A stretch of 64,000 nucleotides of DNA, taken from the sequence record NC_041916.1; one strand, written 5' to 3'. Below, one piece after another: positions 56,872-64,000 of this stretch (positions within the stretch are counted from its first letter, which is position 1; each line of letters starts with the position of its first letter). The notes under the pieces were generated by a model that worked only from the letters and a program-made list of their open reading frames with translations, did not search any database and was not told the origin of the DNA. The position numbers and the translations under genes were made by a program.

Positions 56872-59769
56872 ATGACAGGAAACAGAGGTAACACACGTGT
56901 CGATCGCACAGAGCTGCGGAAGAACGTGAGCAAAATACCTAAGTCGGTAGAAGCTATTTTGAATGTACGCGTTGAAGAAGAACGTCCCGCTGGTAGAGGG
57001 GACGAAGAAGATCAACTGCGTCGTATTCAGAACCGAAAGCTCAAAAGCTTAGGGGATATCATCGCCAACTCGATTAACGCTGCGGTGGATTTAAAGAAAA
57101 TCACGCCGTACATTACAAAAGCGGAAATCATTTGGAAGACGTTGATTCTTCACCCAAACGGTGCTAAGAAAAGTATCTTAGAATACGATTCAAACTCTTC
57201 ACAATTCAAAAACACTAAACTTCACGAAAGTCTTTTAAAGGCCTTAAGTGAATACTACACTAACGACTATAAAATCGAACAGGAACTCCCTGATATCGTT
57301 AAAGACCTTTTGGTCGGCAGTGGTAGTTACGTTAAACTCAACATCACTCGTCCTGCGCTCGATAACCTAATTAACGGTAATCAGTTGGTGGAAGGTAACG
57401 AGGCATTCAACGCTGAGACTTATCGTAGAGAAGTAGACGCCGAGATTAAGAAAGAGTTTAAAGAAGACGAAGAGTCTAAACAATTGCTCGCCAAGAACAT
57501 TGGTTTTGTTCGTAACCCTAAGAAAGAAGTTATTGGGGGGATGGAAAGCATTTGGGGTGGTAAAGACGAGACGGATTACGAATTCCACATTCTTGATAAA
57601 AGCTTTGGAATTACCGTAACGGATAACGTCAGCTGTTTAGCAATGCGCAATGCCACGGAGCGTCTCAAAGTCAACATGGCTCGTATTCAAGGTACGGAGT
57701 CTCTAAAGGACTACATCAACAACCGTATCGAGAAAAGCACGGTGTTGGACAGTGGTGATGAGAAGAAAGGTAAAGGTCAACCTAACCCGGGCGCTAAAAC
57801 CAAGAACCTGAACTTGGCTCAACAAGAAGCGCTGCAACAAATCATGCCGGGTCAGCGTAGCTTTGCTACCAAACCGACACAGTCTATCCGTAAGCCTAAT
57901 GTTTATACTCAGGCTCCTTGGGGTACACCGTTAGGTTATCATCCGCCGAGTGAATGTTTCATTCCAATTCACGTTCACGGTGACGTTAAGCGTCTGCGTG
58001 GTGGTTACGCGTTGATTGATGACAACGGTGAGTTCTTGAAAATGTCTAAGGACTACCAGTTCTATCAATCACTGTCTCAACAGCAAAACAAAATCGATGA
58101 GAAGCCTAGCGGTACGACCACTAGCACTTTGATTGCTAACTTACGTAAAGTGCAACAAGGTGGTGAGTGTGACTTTGACATGTCCGAGTTTGCTATGATA
58201 GCAAAAACTCAGATTGAGAAAGAACTGTACCAATCCATTTACTCTGGTGGTGACGGTGAAGACATCTCTATCGATTTGGAAGAGTCAGTGTTAAAACTGT
58301 TCTTAGAGCGTGCGTTCCAACAACAACGTACTCGCGTGCTGTACATTCCTGAATGTTACTTCACGTACATGGCGTTCCAACACAACCGTTTAGGCATCGG
58401 TGAATCTTTAACGACACAAGCTAAAGACTTCATTGCTCGTCTGGCGGCATTGGATATTGCAGATGCACTAGCGCAGTTAGATAACGCTCAAACTCGTAAT
58501 GAGTTAGTAGTGGCTATCGAGTCACAAGATACGGACCCAGATTCAACCGTCTCCATGGCTCGCTATGAGTTCTTCAAGTCTAACCCTACCGTACATAACT
58601 TGATCTCTACTGGTACGTTGTCCATGCCAATGATCGTGGATGCTTTGAAAGAGCAATCCTTGTTAGTTCGTGTGGAAGCGGGTGATAACAAATTCATCAC
58701 GGCACCTCAGATGCAATTGAACCAAATTGATCGCACTGGGTTTAAACGTGTGGATGAAGACTCTCGTCAATACTTGTTGAGTTCTATTGCGAACTTCTTT
58801 GGTCTACCTCGTAGCTGGCTGGATGAACGTGATGAGAACGGTAACAATTTCCAAATCGAAGCACTGGCTGAACAGGAAACGTTACGCAACCAGACCATCA
58901 TGTACCAGACTCAACTTGGTGAGTTCTTAAGTGACACTATCCGTAAGAACCTTATGGTGAACGAAGTGGTGATGAACCGTTTGATCGACATCATCATGGA
59001 CACACCGAAGAACTTATGGGTTCCTGACTCTAAGACCCAGATTGAAGGCGGTGATCGTGAGAAGGTCATGGTGATCTTGAATGACTTTATCCAGAACTTC
59101 TTTGTATCACTACCACCTCCTACCACTATGGAGTCGGTAGCTAAGATCAAAGAGAAAATGGATTTAGCGGAAGATTGGTCGACTAAAGTAATCGAAATGT
59201 CTGCGACTAAAGGTTTGATGGAACCGTTGTTGCGTCGTGCTGGTGTTGACACCGAAGAACTGGACCCAGAAGAGATCTCCAAACAGTTCGCTGCGGTGAT
59301 TCGTTTCCGTGCCTTTAAACTCTTTAACGTTCCTACTCCGTTTGATGACATCATCAACAAAGGTCGTGAAGGTGGTATGTACTCTCTGCTTAATGACTTG
59401 GATTACTTCAACGAAAACTTATCTCTGTTCATGATTGAATACAAGAAGCAGTTTGATAAGCGCACGGAGAAATTCGTGAAAGCCCTACCTAAGCCTGCGG
59501 GTGAATTAGGTGGAGAGGAAGAGGATGACTTCAATAACACCGGTTTAGATGGTGAGACAGAAGAACCTGAAAACACCGACGGTCTAGAAGAAGAACCGGA
59601 ATTCGAAGATGAGGAACTCCCATCTGACGAAGAAGAGGAAACTGAAGAGACCGAGGAAGAACAGGAAGAAACTGAGGAGTCTGAGGAGTCTGACGAAGAA
59701 GAAGTTGAGGAAGAAAATCCAGAGGCCGACGCTTTAGAGGATGACGAGGAAGAAAAACCTCAAGAATAA
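56872..59769 (+). CDS. probable portal protein (phiKZ gp129-like) with acidic tail
   Basis: 965 aa; size, helical character and synteny with the tail cluster; no diagnostic motif confirmed. Confidence 0.6.
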   Translation: MTGNRGNTRVDRTELRKNVSKIPKSVEAILNVRVEEERPAGRGDEEDQLRRIQNRKLKSLGDIIANSINAAVDLKKITPYITKAEIIWKTLILHPNGAKKSILEYDSNSSQFKNTKLHESLLKALSEYYTNDYKIEQELPDIVKDLLVGSGSYVKLNITRPALDNLINGNQLVEGNEAFNAETYRREVDAEIKKEFKEDEESKQLLAKNIGFVRNPKKEVIGGMESIWGGKDETDYEFHILDKSFGITVTDNVSCLAMRNATERLKVNMARIQGTESLKDYINNRIEKSTVLDSGDEKKGKGQPNPGAKTKNLNLAQQEALQQIMPGQRSFATKPTQSIRKPNVYTQAPWGTPLGYHPPSECFIPIHVHGDVKRLRGGYALIDDNGEFLKMSKDYQFYQSLSQQQNKIDEKPSGTTTSTLIANLRKVQQGGECDFDMSEFAMIAKTQIEKELYQSIYSGGDGEDISIDLEESVLKLFLERAFQQQRTRVLYIPECYFTYMAFQHNRLGIGESLTTQAKDFIARLAALDIADALAQLDNAQTRNELVVAIESQDTDPDSTVSMARYEFFKSNPTVHNLISTGTLSMPMIVDALKEQSLLVRVEAGDNKFITAPQMQLNQIDRTGFKRVDEDSRQYLLSSIANFFGLPRSWLDERDENGNNFQIEALAEQETLRNQTIMYQTQLGEFLSDTIRKNLMVNEVVMNRLIDIIMDTPKNLWVPDSKTQIEGGDREKVMVILNDFIQNFFVSLPPPTTMESVAKIKEKMDLAEDWSTKVIEMSATKGLMEPLLRRAGVDTEELDPEEISKQFAAVIRFRAFKLFNVPTPFDDIINKGREGGMYSLLNDLDYFNENLSLFMIEYKKQFDKRTEKFVKALPKPAGELGGEEEDDFNNTGLDGETEEPENTDGLEEEPEFEDEELPSDEEEETEETEEEQEETEESEESDEEEVEEENPEADALEDDEEEKPQE
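59513..59766 (+). repeat. low-complexity Glu/Asp-rich coding tract
   Basis: GAA/GAG-rich; encodes EEEETEETEEEQEETEESEESDEEEVEEE. Confidence 0.9.
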
Positions 59770-59785
59770 AAAAATAAAGACTAGT

Positions 59786-59817
59786 CTTACCTACCGTCCC
59801 GAGGGACGGTAGGTAAG
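59786..59817. terminator. bidirectional terminator (CTACC family)
   Basis: CTTACCTACCGTCC/GGACGGTAGGTAAG stem between convergent genes. Confidence 0.85.
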
Positions 59818-59819
59818 TA

Positions 59820-60182
59820 TTATTTTTGCTTTTTATAATCACGGTGCAAAATAGTAAGGTGTTCGAAGAACTTAAAGTTCAAACTTCCTAATAGGTAGAA
59901 ATAGTTTTTTGCTTTCTCTAAGAGTTCCCCGACATGTTCAGATGTAAAGAACCATTTTAAAAATAGTCTAGCTACCATATCGGTTACTTCTGAATCCCCA
60001 CGATACCACTGGTAACCATACAACATCTCTTTACAAAGTTTTAAATCCGGAGGGGTGTTGTCTGAACTTATTCCTTCTTTAACAACTATCTCACTTAACT
60101 TTGACTTAAAGTCGGAGATTTCTCCCAGCGTCATTCCTAATGTAAGAAACGGGATAGGGTGATCTAGGACTTCACTGTTCAT
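59820..60182 (-). CDS. hypothetical protein
   Basis: Start at 60182 (MNSEV) with AAGG SD; the longer ORF start lies beyond a terminator. Confidence 0.6.
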   Translation of the reverse strand: MNSEVLDHPIPFLTLGMTLGEISDFKSKLSEIVVKEGISSDNTPPDLKLCKEMLYGYQWYRGDSEVTDMVARLFLKWFFTSEHVGELLEKAKNYFYLLGSLNFKFFEHLTILHRDYKKQK

Positions 60183-60218
60183 AGTGGTCAACCTTAAACA
60201 AAAAATAAAAGAGGAAGG

Positions 60219-60244
60219 TGTTATGGATCTTTCGACCCATAACA
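60219..60244 (-). terminator. intrinsic terminator
   Basis: TGTTATGG/CCATAACA stem, T-rich downstream on the minus strand. Confidence 0.65.
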
Positions 60245-60256
60245 TCCCCACCCAAT

Positions 60257-60727
60257 TTACATATCTACTTCGTCGTCGTCTTCTGCAAACAGGGCGTTAG
60301 TGATTAGACCACCAATTAGACCTGCGCCGAAGCCAGCTGAGAAACCCAACAACACATTCTTAGTTGCTGAGTAATCTTCAGGTTCATCATTCAAAGTAGT
60401 GCTTACTGCGACTGTCGCACCTAGACCAGTAGCCGCTGAAGCTGTGGTTTTAGTTACTGCACAAGAAAGTAGAGAACCTACAATACCAGCAGCTGCACGA
60501 GTAAGGTCCACATTAATAGTGAAACTCTTTTCTTCTTCTTGAGCTTCATTAGTTTCTTGAGGCTCTCCAACGTTTTGAGGTTCTTTAACGTTTTGAGGTT
60601 CTTCTGTAGATTGAAGTTCCTCGGCACCACCCATCTCAGTTTGGTAAACAATGTTGTCTGTGTTAGACATCACTGCTTCTTCGATTTGTTGGATAGTTTG
60701 GTTTTGTTCGTTTGTTTTGTTAGTCAT
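60257..60727 (-). CDS. glycine-zipper membrane protein with acidic termini
   Basis: Hydrophobic Gly/Ala segments (GFSAGFGAGLIGG), EPQNV repeats, C-terminal EDDDEVDM. Confidence 0.85.
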   Translation of the reverse strand: MTNKTNEQNQTIQQIEEAVMSNTDNIVYQTEMGGAEELQSTEEPQNVKEPQNVGEPQETNEAQEEEKSFTINVDLTRAAAGIVGSLLSCAVTKTTASAATGLGATVAVSTTLNDEPEDYSATKNVLLGFSAGFGAGLIGGLITNALFAEDDDEVDM

Positions 60728-60782
60728 GATAATACTCTCGTAAGTTAGGTTTGGATGTTACAGGTCGGTTGGTTAGTTAGGA

Positions 60783-61205
60783 TTAATCTTCTAGTTCAGC
60801 GTCAGCTAGATCAGTTACTGTATCTTCAGCTTCTCCTGAAGCCATCAGTTTCATAACTGCGTCTACGCCTGCTGAGCCTAACACACCAGCAGCTGCACCG
60901 ATCATCATGTCTTTCAAAAGACTGCTTTCACGGTTCTCTTCAGAGAAGTAGTAAGAAGCAGCGGCAGTAGTCACCACACCACCAACTGCTGATGGGATGC
61001 TGCGGTTTACAAGTACAACACCTGCTGTACTTGACAGACCACCAAGAAGGACATTGATGTTGTAGCCTTTACGACCCGCTTTAGGTTCAGTTTCACCTTT
61101 CACCTTTTTCACTGCATCATTAAAGATTTGTTCAGCAGCGTTAGTACCAACTAGTTTAGAAAGTTCAGATTGAAGTTGGTTTAGTTCTTTGTCAGAAGTG
61201 TTCAT
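60783..61205 (-). CDS. glycine-zipper membrane protein (paralogue)
   Basis: INVLLGG..SAVGG..IGAAAGVLGSAG, acidic C-terminus; GAGGA SD. Confidence 0.85.
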   Translation of the reverse strand: MNTSDKELNQLQSELSKLVGTNAAEQIFNDAVKKVKGETEPKAGRKGYNINVLLGGLSSTAGVVLVNRSIPSAVGGVVTTAAASYYFSEENRESSLLKDMMIGAAAGVLGSAGVDAVMKLMASGEAEDTVTDLADAELED

Positions 61206-61255
61206 AATGTATTCCTCGATAAGGTTAAATAGATTAACGTATATGCTCTTGCTTA

Positions 61256-61275
61256 TACACCTAGACTATATAGGT
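61256..61275 (-). promoter_or_regulatory. phiKZ-type early promoter (variant)
   Basis: minus strand ACCTATATAGTCTAGGTGTA. Confidence 0.6.
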
Positions 61276-61315
61276 CTGAAAATAACTGTATGTTAAAAAA
61301 TAAAGAACCGTAACT

Positions 61316-61347
61316 CTACTCCTCTCCCGTAACAGGGAGAGGAGTAG
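61316..61347 (-). terminator. intrinsic terminator
   Basis: CTACTCCTCTCCC/GGGAGAGGAGTAG 13-bp stem. Confidence 0.8.
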
Positions 61348-61353
61348 GATATA

Positions 61354-62130
61354 TTACAATTCAAGTTGTGCTTTCATGAAGTTCAAAGCGGCTTCACGAT
61401 CAGGGAATTCACGATAAACTTCTACCGCGTATCGTCCCGACTCCGTGGTCGCCATAGTGCAACGTTCAGGCATAAGTGGTTCAATTTCTTCACGTACAGC
61501 TTCCTGAACAGCTTCAGATACTTCTTGGAACATCTCATCAGTTGAAGTATCAGGACCTTCCTCGTGATACTGGTAAGCCTTATCGATGGACTCACGATCA
61601 TGCGGCGGCACATCACGGGTATTGACATTAACGTAAAGCTCTAGGAACTTTTCGTCGTCCATGAATAATGCCTCAGGTCCAGTGATGGAAATGGTCAGGG
61701 TATCACTGCCACGATGCGCATCAAAGATGTAAGGGTAACTACCGACACTCCAAGCAACTATGATTCGTCGAACGGAAGGCTTAATACAACCATTTTTAAT
61801 AAAGCTGTCAGAAACATAGTTTTGAAGCAACTCTTCAATGTTGAGTTCTTTATCGGCTTTGGTGTGCACATTAATCAAACCAAACTCGCGGGTGACGGTT
61901 AGTTGTTCGTCAGTGACAGGGATCAATAAATAATGACGCCCACCTAAAATCTCCCAACTCACGGTAGCTGGTAAGAACTTAAATTGTTCATCGGATAGAC
62001 CATTGATCCATTCGACTAATTCGTATTCGGCATTCAGGCGTATCGATTTAATCTTATCAACATGGACTTGAAGTTTTGTCATTACTTCATGTTGAATATC
62101 GCCGGGTGCTTTAGCAATTGGTTTTGACAT
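61354..62130 (-). CDS. hypothetical protein
   Basis: 258-aa ORF. Confidence 0.85.
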   Translation of the reverse strand: MSKPIAKAPGDIQHEVMTKLQVHVDKIKSIRLNAEYELVEWINGLSDEQFKFLPATVSWEILGGRHYLLIPVTDEQLTVTREFGLINVHTKADKELNIEELLQNYVSDSFIKNGCIKPSVRRIIVAWSVGSYPYIFDAHRGSDTLTISITGPEALFMDDEKFLELYVNVNTRDVPPHDRESIDKAYQYHEEGPDTSTDEMFQEVSEAVQEAVREEIEPLMPERCTMATTESGRYAVEVYREFPDREAALNFMKAQLEL

Positions 62131-62133
62131 TTC

Positions 62134-63105
62134 TTATTCCTCGTCAACAAGTTCTTTAATAGTGCCGTCCGACGCCCACAGAGGACGTTGCTTAACCAGA
62201 CCAAGTTCTGCACGCAGTTCGTTGATCTTTCTTACAGTATTAACCAGTTTAGGGTCTAGCTCTCGGAATTGTTCAGATTCGACTGACACCGGTAAAGGTT
62301 TCTCAAAATCAATAGATGACGCGAAGTACTTATCTGGGTGAGCATGGATGCGATACAGCACACGTTGGTCAAATGGGTAATGTACCGTAACGTTCCCAAA
62401 ACGCGCTTCAGGCGTTGTTTTGTATAATGGGTAACGTGGTGCATTAAACCAGTTAACGAACGTCTCATAGGCTTCCATGGAGGTCTCAGCATCATTCAGC
62501 AGTTCGGCTAGACGGTAAGCTTCCAGTTTAGCAATCTGCATGAAATCTGGTTCGTGTTTCACACTCGGGAACATAACGTTGTAAGGTGTCAAAGATTGGT
62601 TCCCACGATAACGCACTTCTTCCGACGGCAACAACATGTAGTAAGTTTGAGGGTTGTCAAAATCAATACCGTTGAATCGCAACACGCCTTTGAACGGGTA
62701 ACGAACGTATTGTTCCTGCCATGGCTGACTAGGCAGCTTCTGACCAAGGTACAAACGAGTGAACATGTACTTAGTGGTTAGCCAGTTTTCTGCTATTGGT
62801 ACATCGGGATGATGCTCCGTGCAAATAACGAGGTTGTTATTTGGCGCAGTGAAATAAACCTGAGGTTCTTTGTTGAACATGCGCAGCTCTACTTCGTTCT
62901 TAGGGAACTTCACCACCAAGTACGCGTCTTCTAACCCCACACACATATCTGGGATTTCAATCATGTCGCTAGTAAACGGATATGACTGATGTATGGCTTG
63001 GATGATGTCTGTGGTTTGATCGCTCGTCTTATTGACGAGCGCTGTTTGTAAACGGTAACGAATAGCTGCGACTAATTCGTCTAAATCGAAGATATGAGGG
63101 TTCAT
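62134..63105 (-). CDS. hypothetical protein
   Basis: 323-aa ORF, 1-nt overlap with upstream stop. Confidence 0.85.
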   Translation of the reverse strand: MNPHIFDLDELVAAIRYRLQTALVNKTSDQTTDIIQAIHQSYPFTSDMIEIPDMCVGLEDAYLVVKFPKNEVELRMFNKEPQVYFTAPNNNLVICTEHHPDVPIAENWLTTKYMFTRLYLGQKLPSQPWQEQYVRYPFKGVLRFNGIDFDNPQTYYMLLPSEEVRYRGNQSLTPYNVMFPSVKHEPDFMQIAKLEAYRLAELLNDAETSMEAYETFVNWFNAPRYPLYKTTPEARFGNVTVHYPFDQRVLYRIHAHPDKYFASSIDFEKPLPVSVESEQFRELDPKLVNTVRKINELRAELGLVKQRPLWASDGTIKELVDEE

Positions 63106-63647
63106 TACTTCACCTTATCAAATTTAGGAGTTAAGCAGTCCCATAAACGTGCAGGGTCTACACTTCGTTGTACAGCGCCATTACGTCGTAGTAAGAGGAA
63201 CGCTGATTGTGAGTAAAACACCGATGAGTGATTCAATTGGTTTGCCTTAACTGGGTGGTCGGCCAGACTGATGTTAAGCGGTCGACGCTTGTCATCATTA
63301 GTCAACGCTTGTTCACTCAATCCACGGCAGTACGCGAATTTATCAAGTTGTGTTCTCAAATCCATTTTGGTACCTACAGGAACCGGAAGACGGAAGAAGA
63401 TCACTTCACGACTTCGGTTGTTCAGAGGCACACCTATGTTAATGAGTCTGATTTTATCAGATTTACCTCTGATACGTAGATTGTTCCAATCGTCGTATTC
63501 TTCGGTTACGATCTTGAACAAATTGTCGTAGTAACCCGGCTTATCGCTGACAGCAAGTTCAGTCAGACGTTTTTCCAGTTTAACAGTAAAGCCTTCCACA
63601 GAGCGTGGGTAAAATAGTTTCTTCAAAAACATAAAAAAATAATCCAT
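63105..63647 (-). CDS. hypothetical protein
   Basis: 180-aa ORF. Confidence 0.8.
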   Translation of the reverse strand: MDYFFMFLKKLFYPRSVEGFTVKLEKRLTELAVSDKPGYYDNLFKIVTEEYDDWNNLRIRGKSDKIRLINIGVPLNNRSREVIFFRLPVPVGTKMDLRTQLDKFAYCRGLSEQALTNDDKRRPLNISLADHPVKANQLNHSSVFYSQSAFLLLRRNGAVQRSVDPARLWDCLTPKFDKVK

Positions 63648-63660
63648 TTAAATATAGAGA

Positions 63661-63678
63661 GAGGGACCGAGGTCCCTC
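63661..63678 (-). terminator. probable terminator hairpin
   Basis: GAGGGACC/GGTCCCTC stem. Confidence 0.55.
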
Positions 63679-63693
63679 CTCATTAAGTCACGA

Positions 63694-63972
63694 TCACAGT
63701 CGATGTGTCATTTCTAGCGGTAATACAGTTAGATTCGAAACGCCTTGTTTAAGACGACGAATGGTACCTACGTTGCCACCGTCATAACGGTTCGTTTGGA
63801 AAGACCAACGACCATTGTTCACATCGGTGAAGATCACCAGTTGTTCTACGCCATCGTGCAAACGCGCTGAGGCTTTTGAGTAAGCGTAAGAGATTACAGA
63901 GAAGAAGTCTGGCATTTCACTGCGCTTGATAACAGCTACCGTTTCTTCAACACGCTGCACAGGAGCAACCAT
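63694..63972 (-). CDS. hypothetical protein
   Basis: 92-aa ORF. Confidence 0.7.
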   Translation of the reverse strand: MVAPVQRVEETVAVIKRSEMPDFFSVISYAYSKASARLHDGVEQLVIFTDVNNGRWSFQTNRYDGGNVGTIRRLKQGVSNLTVLPLEMTHRL

Positions 63973-64000
63973 GTTAGAGATACGAGTAACGATTACTTCA

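Noticed and set aside
56848-56875. TATG at start codons (also at 8690 and 38858) as late promoters
   Set aside because: With +1 at the G, the transcript would begin inside the start codon; more likely a T preceding ATG by chance
8690-59769. Inteins or introns in the helicase, ligase, SbcC or portal candidate
   Set aside because: No intein splice-junction or LAGLIDADG/HNH motifs were noticed, the frames are continuous and the sizes are ordinary
58911-59842. Minus-strand ORFs of 149 and 103 aa within the portal candidate
   Set aside because: Antisense shadows, partly caused by the low-complexity acidic tract
60183-60251. N-terminal extension MGMLWVERS of the 143-aa ORF
   Set aside because: It spans the terminator of the upstream gene; the Met at 60182 has a better SD
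1-64000. tRNA, rRNA or large structured ncRNA genes
   Set aside because: Spacers are short and explained by promoters and terminators; no cloverleaf was seen by eye. tRNAscan-SE or Infernal would be needed to exclude them
1-64000. Prophage or mobile-element interpretation
   Set aside because: No integrase, transposase, att site or host genes; the content fits a lytic jumbo phage throughout

Overview
This 64 kb window is a densely coding segment of a phiKZ-like (Chimalliviridae-type, probably nucleus-forming) jumbo myophage genome. Most genes are on the minus strand. The assignment rests on gene content and order: SbcC-like ATPase beside a baseplate spike, four tail-fibre/baseplate paralogues, RuvC, a probable portal, an SNF2 helicase, RNase HI, and a repeated ACCTATATTAC-N4-GTGTA motif like phiKZ early promoters. 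The window also encodes thymidine kinase, an NAD-dependent ligase, a HAD nucleotidase, a GroEL-like chaperonin with no GroES, a two-component spanin and a 1423-aa Ig-repeat protein. Best leads: (1) an array of genes at 1-7.3 kb sharing an N-terminal Ig-like module on divergent C-terminal parts, plus a free-standing copy of that module; (2) a thymidylate synthase homologue and a DnaQ-like protein that appear to have lost their catalytic residues; (3) an Acb1-like anti-CBASS 2H phosphodiesterase; (4) a protein made only of five AraC-type HTH units; (5) a pair of glycine-zipper membrane proteins behind an early-type promoter. No tRNA, CRISPR array, integrase or reverse transcriptase was seen. All homology calls come from motif recognition by eye against remembered family consensus, not from database searches, and the host cannot be determined from this window.
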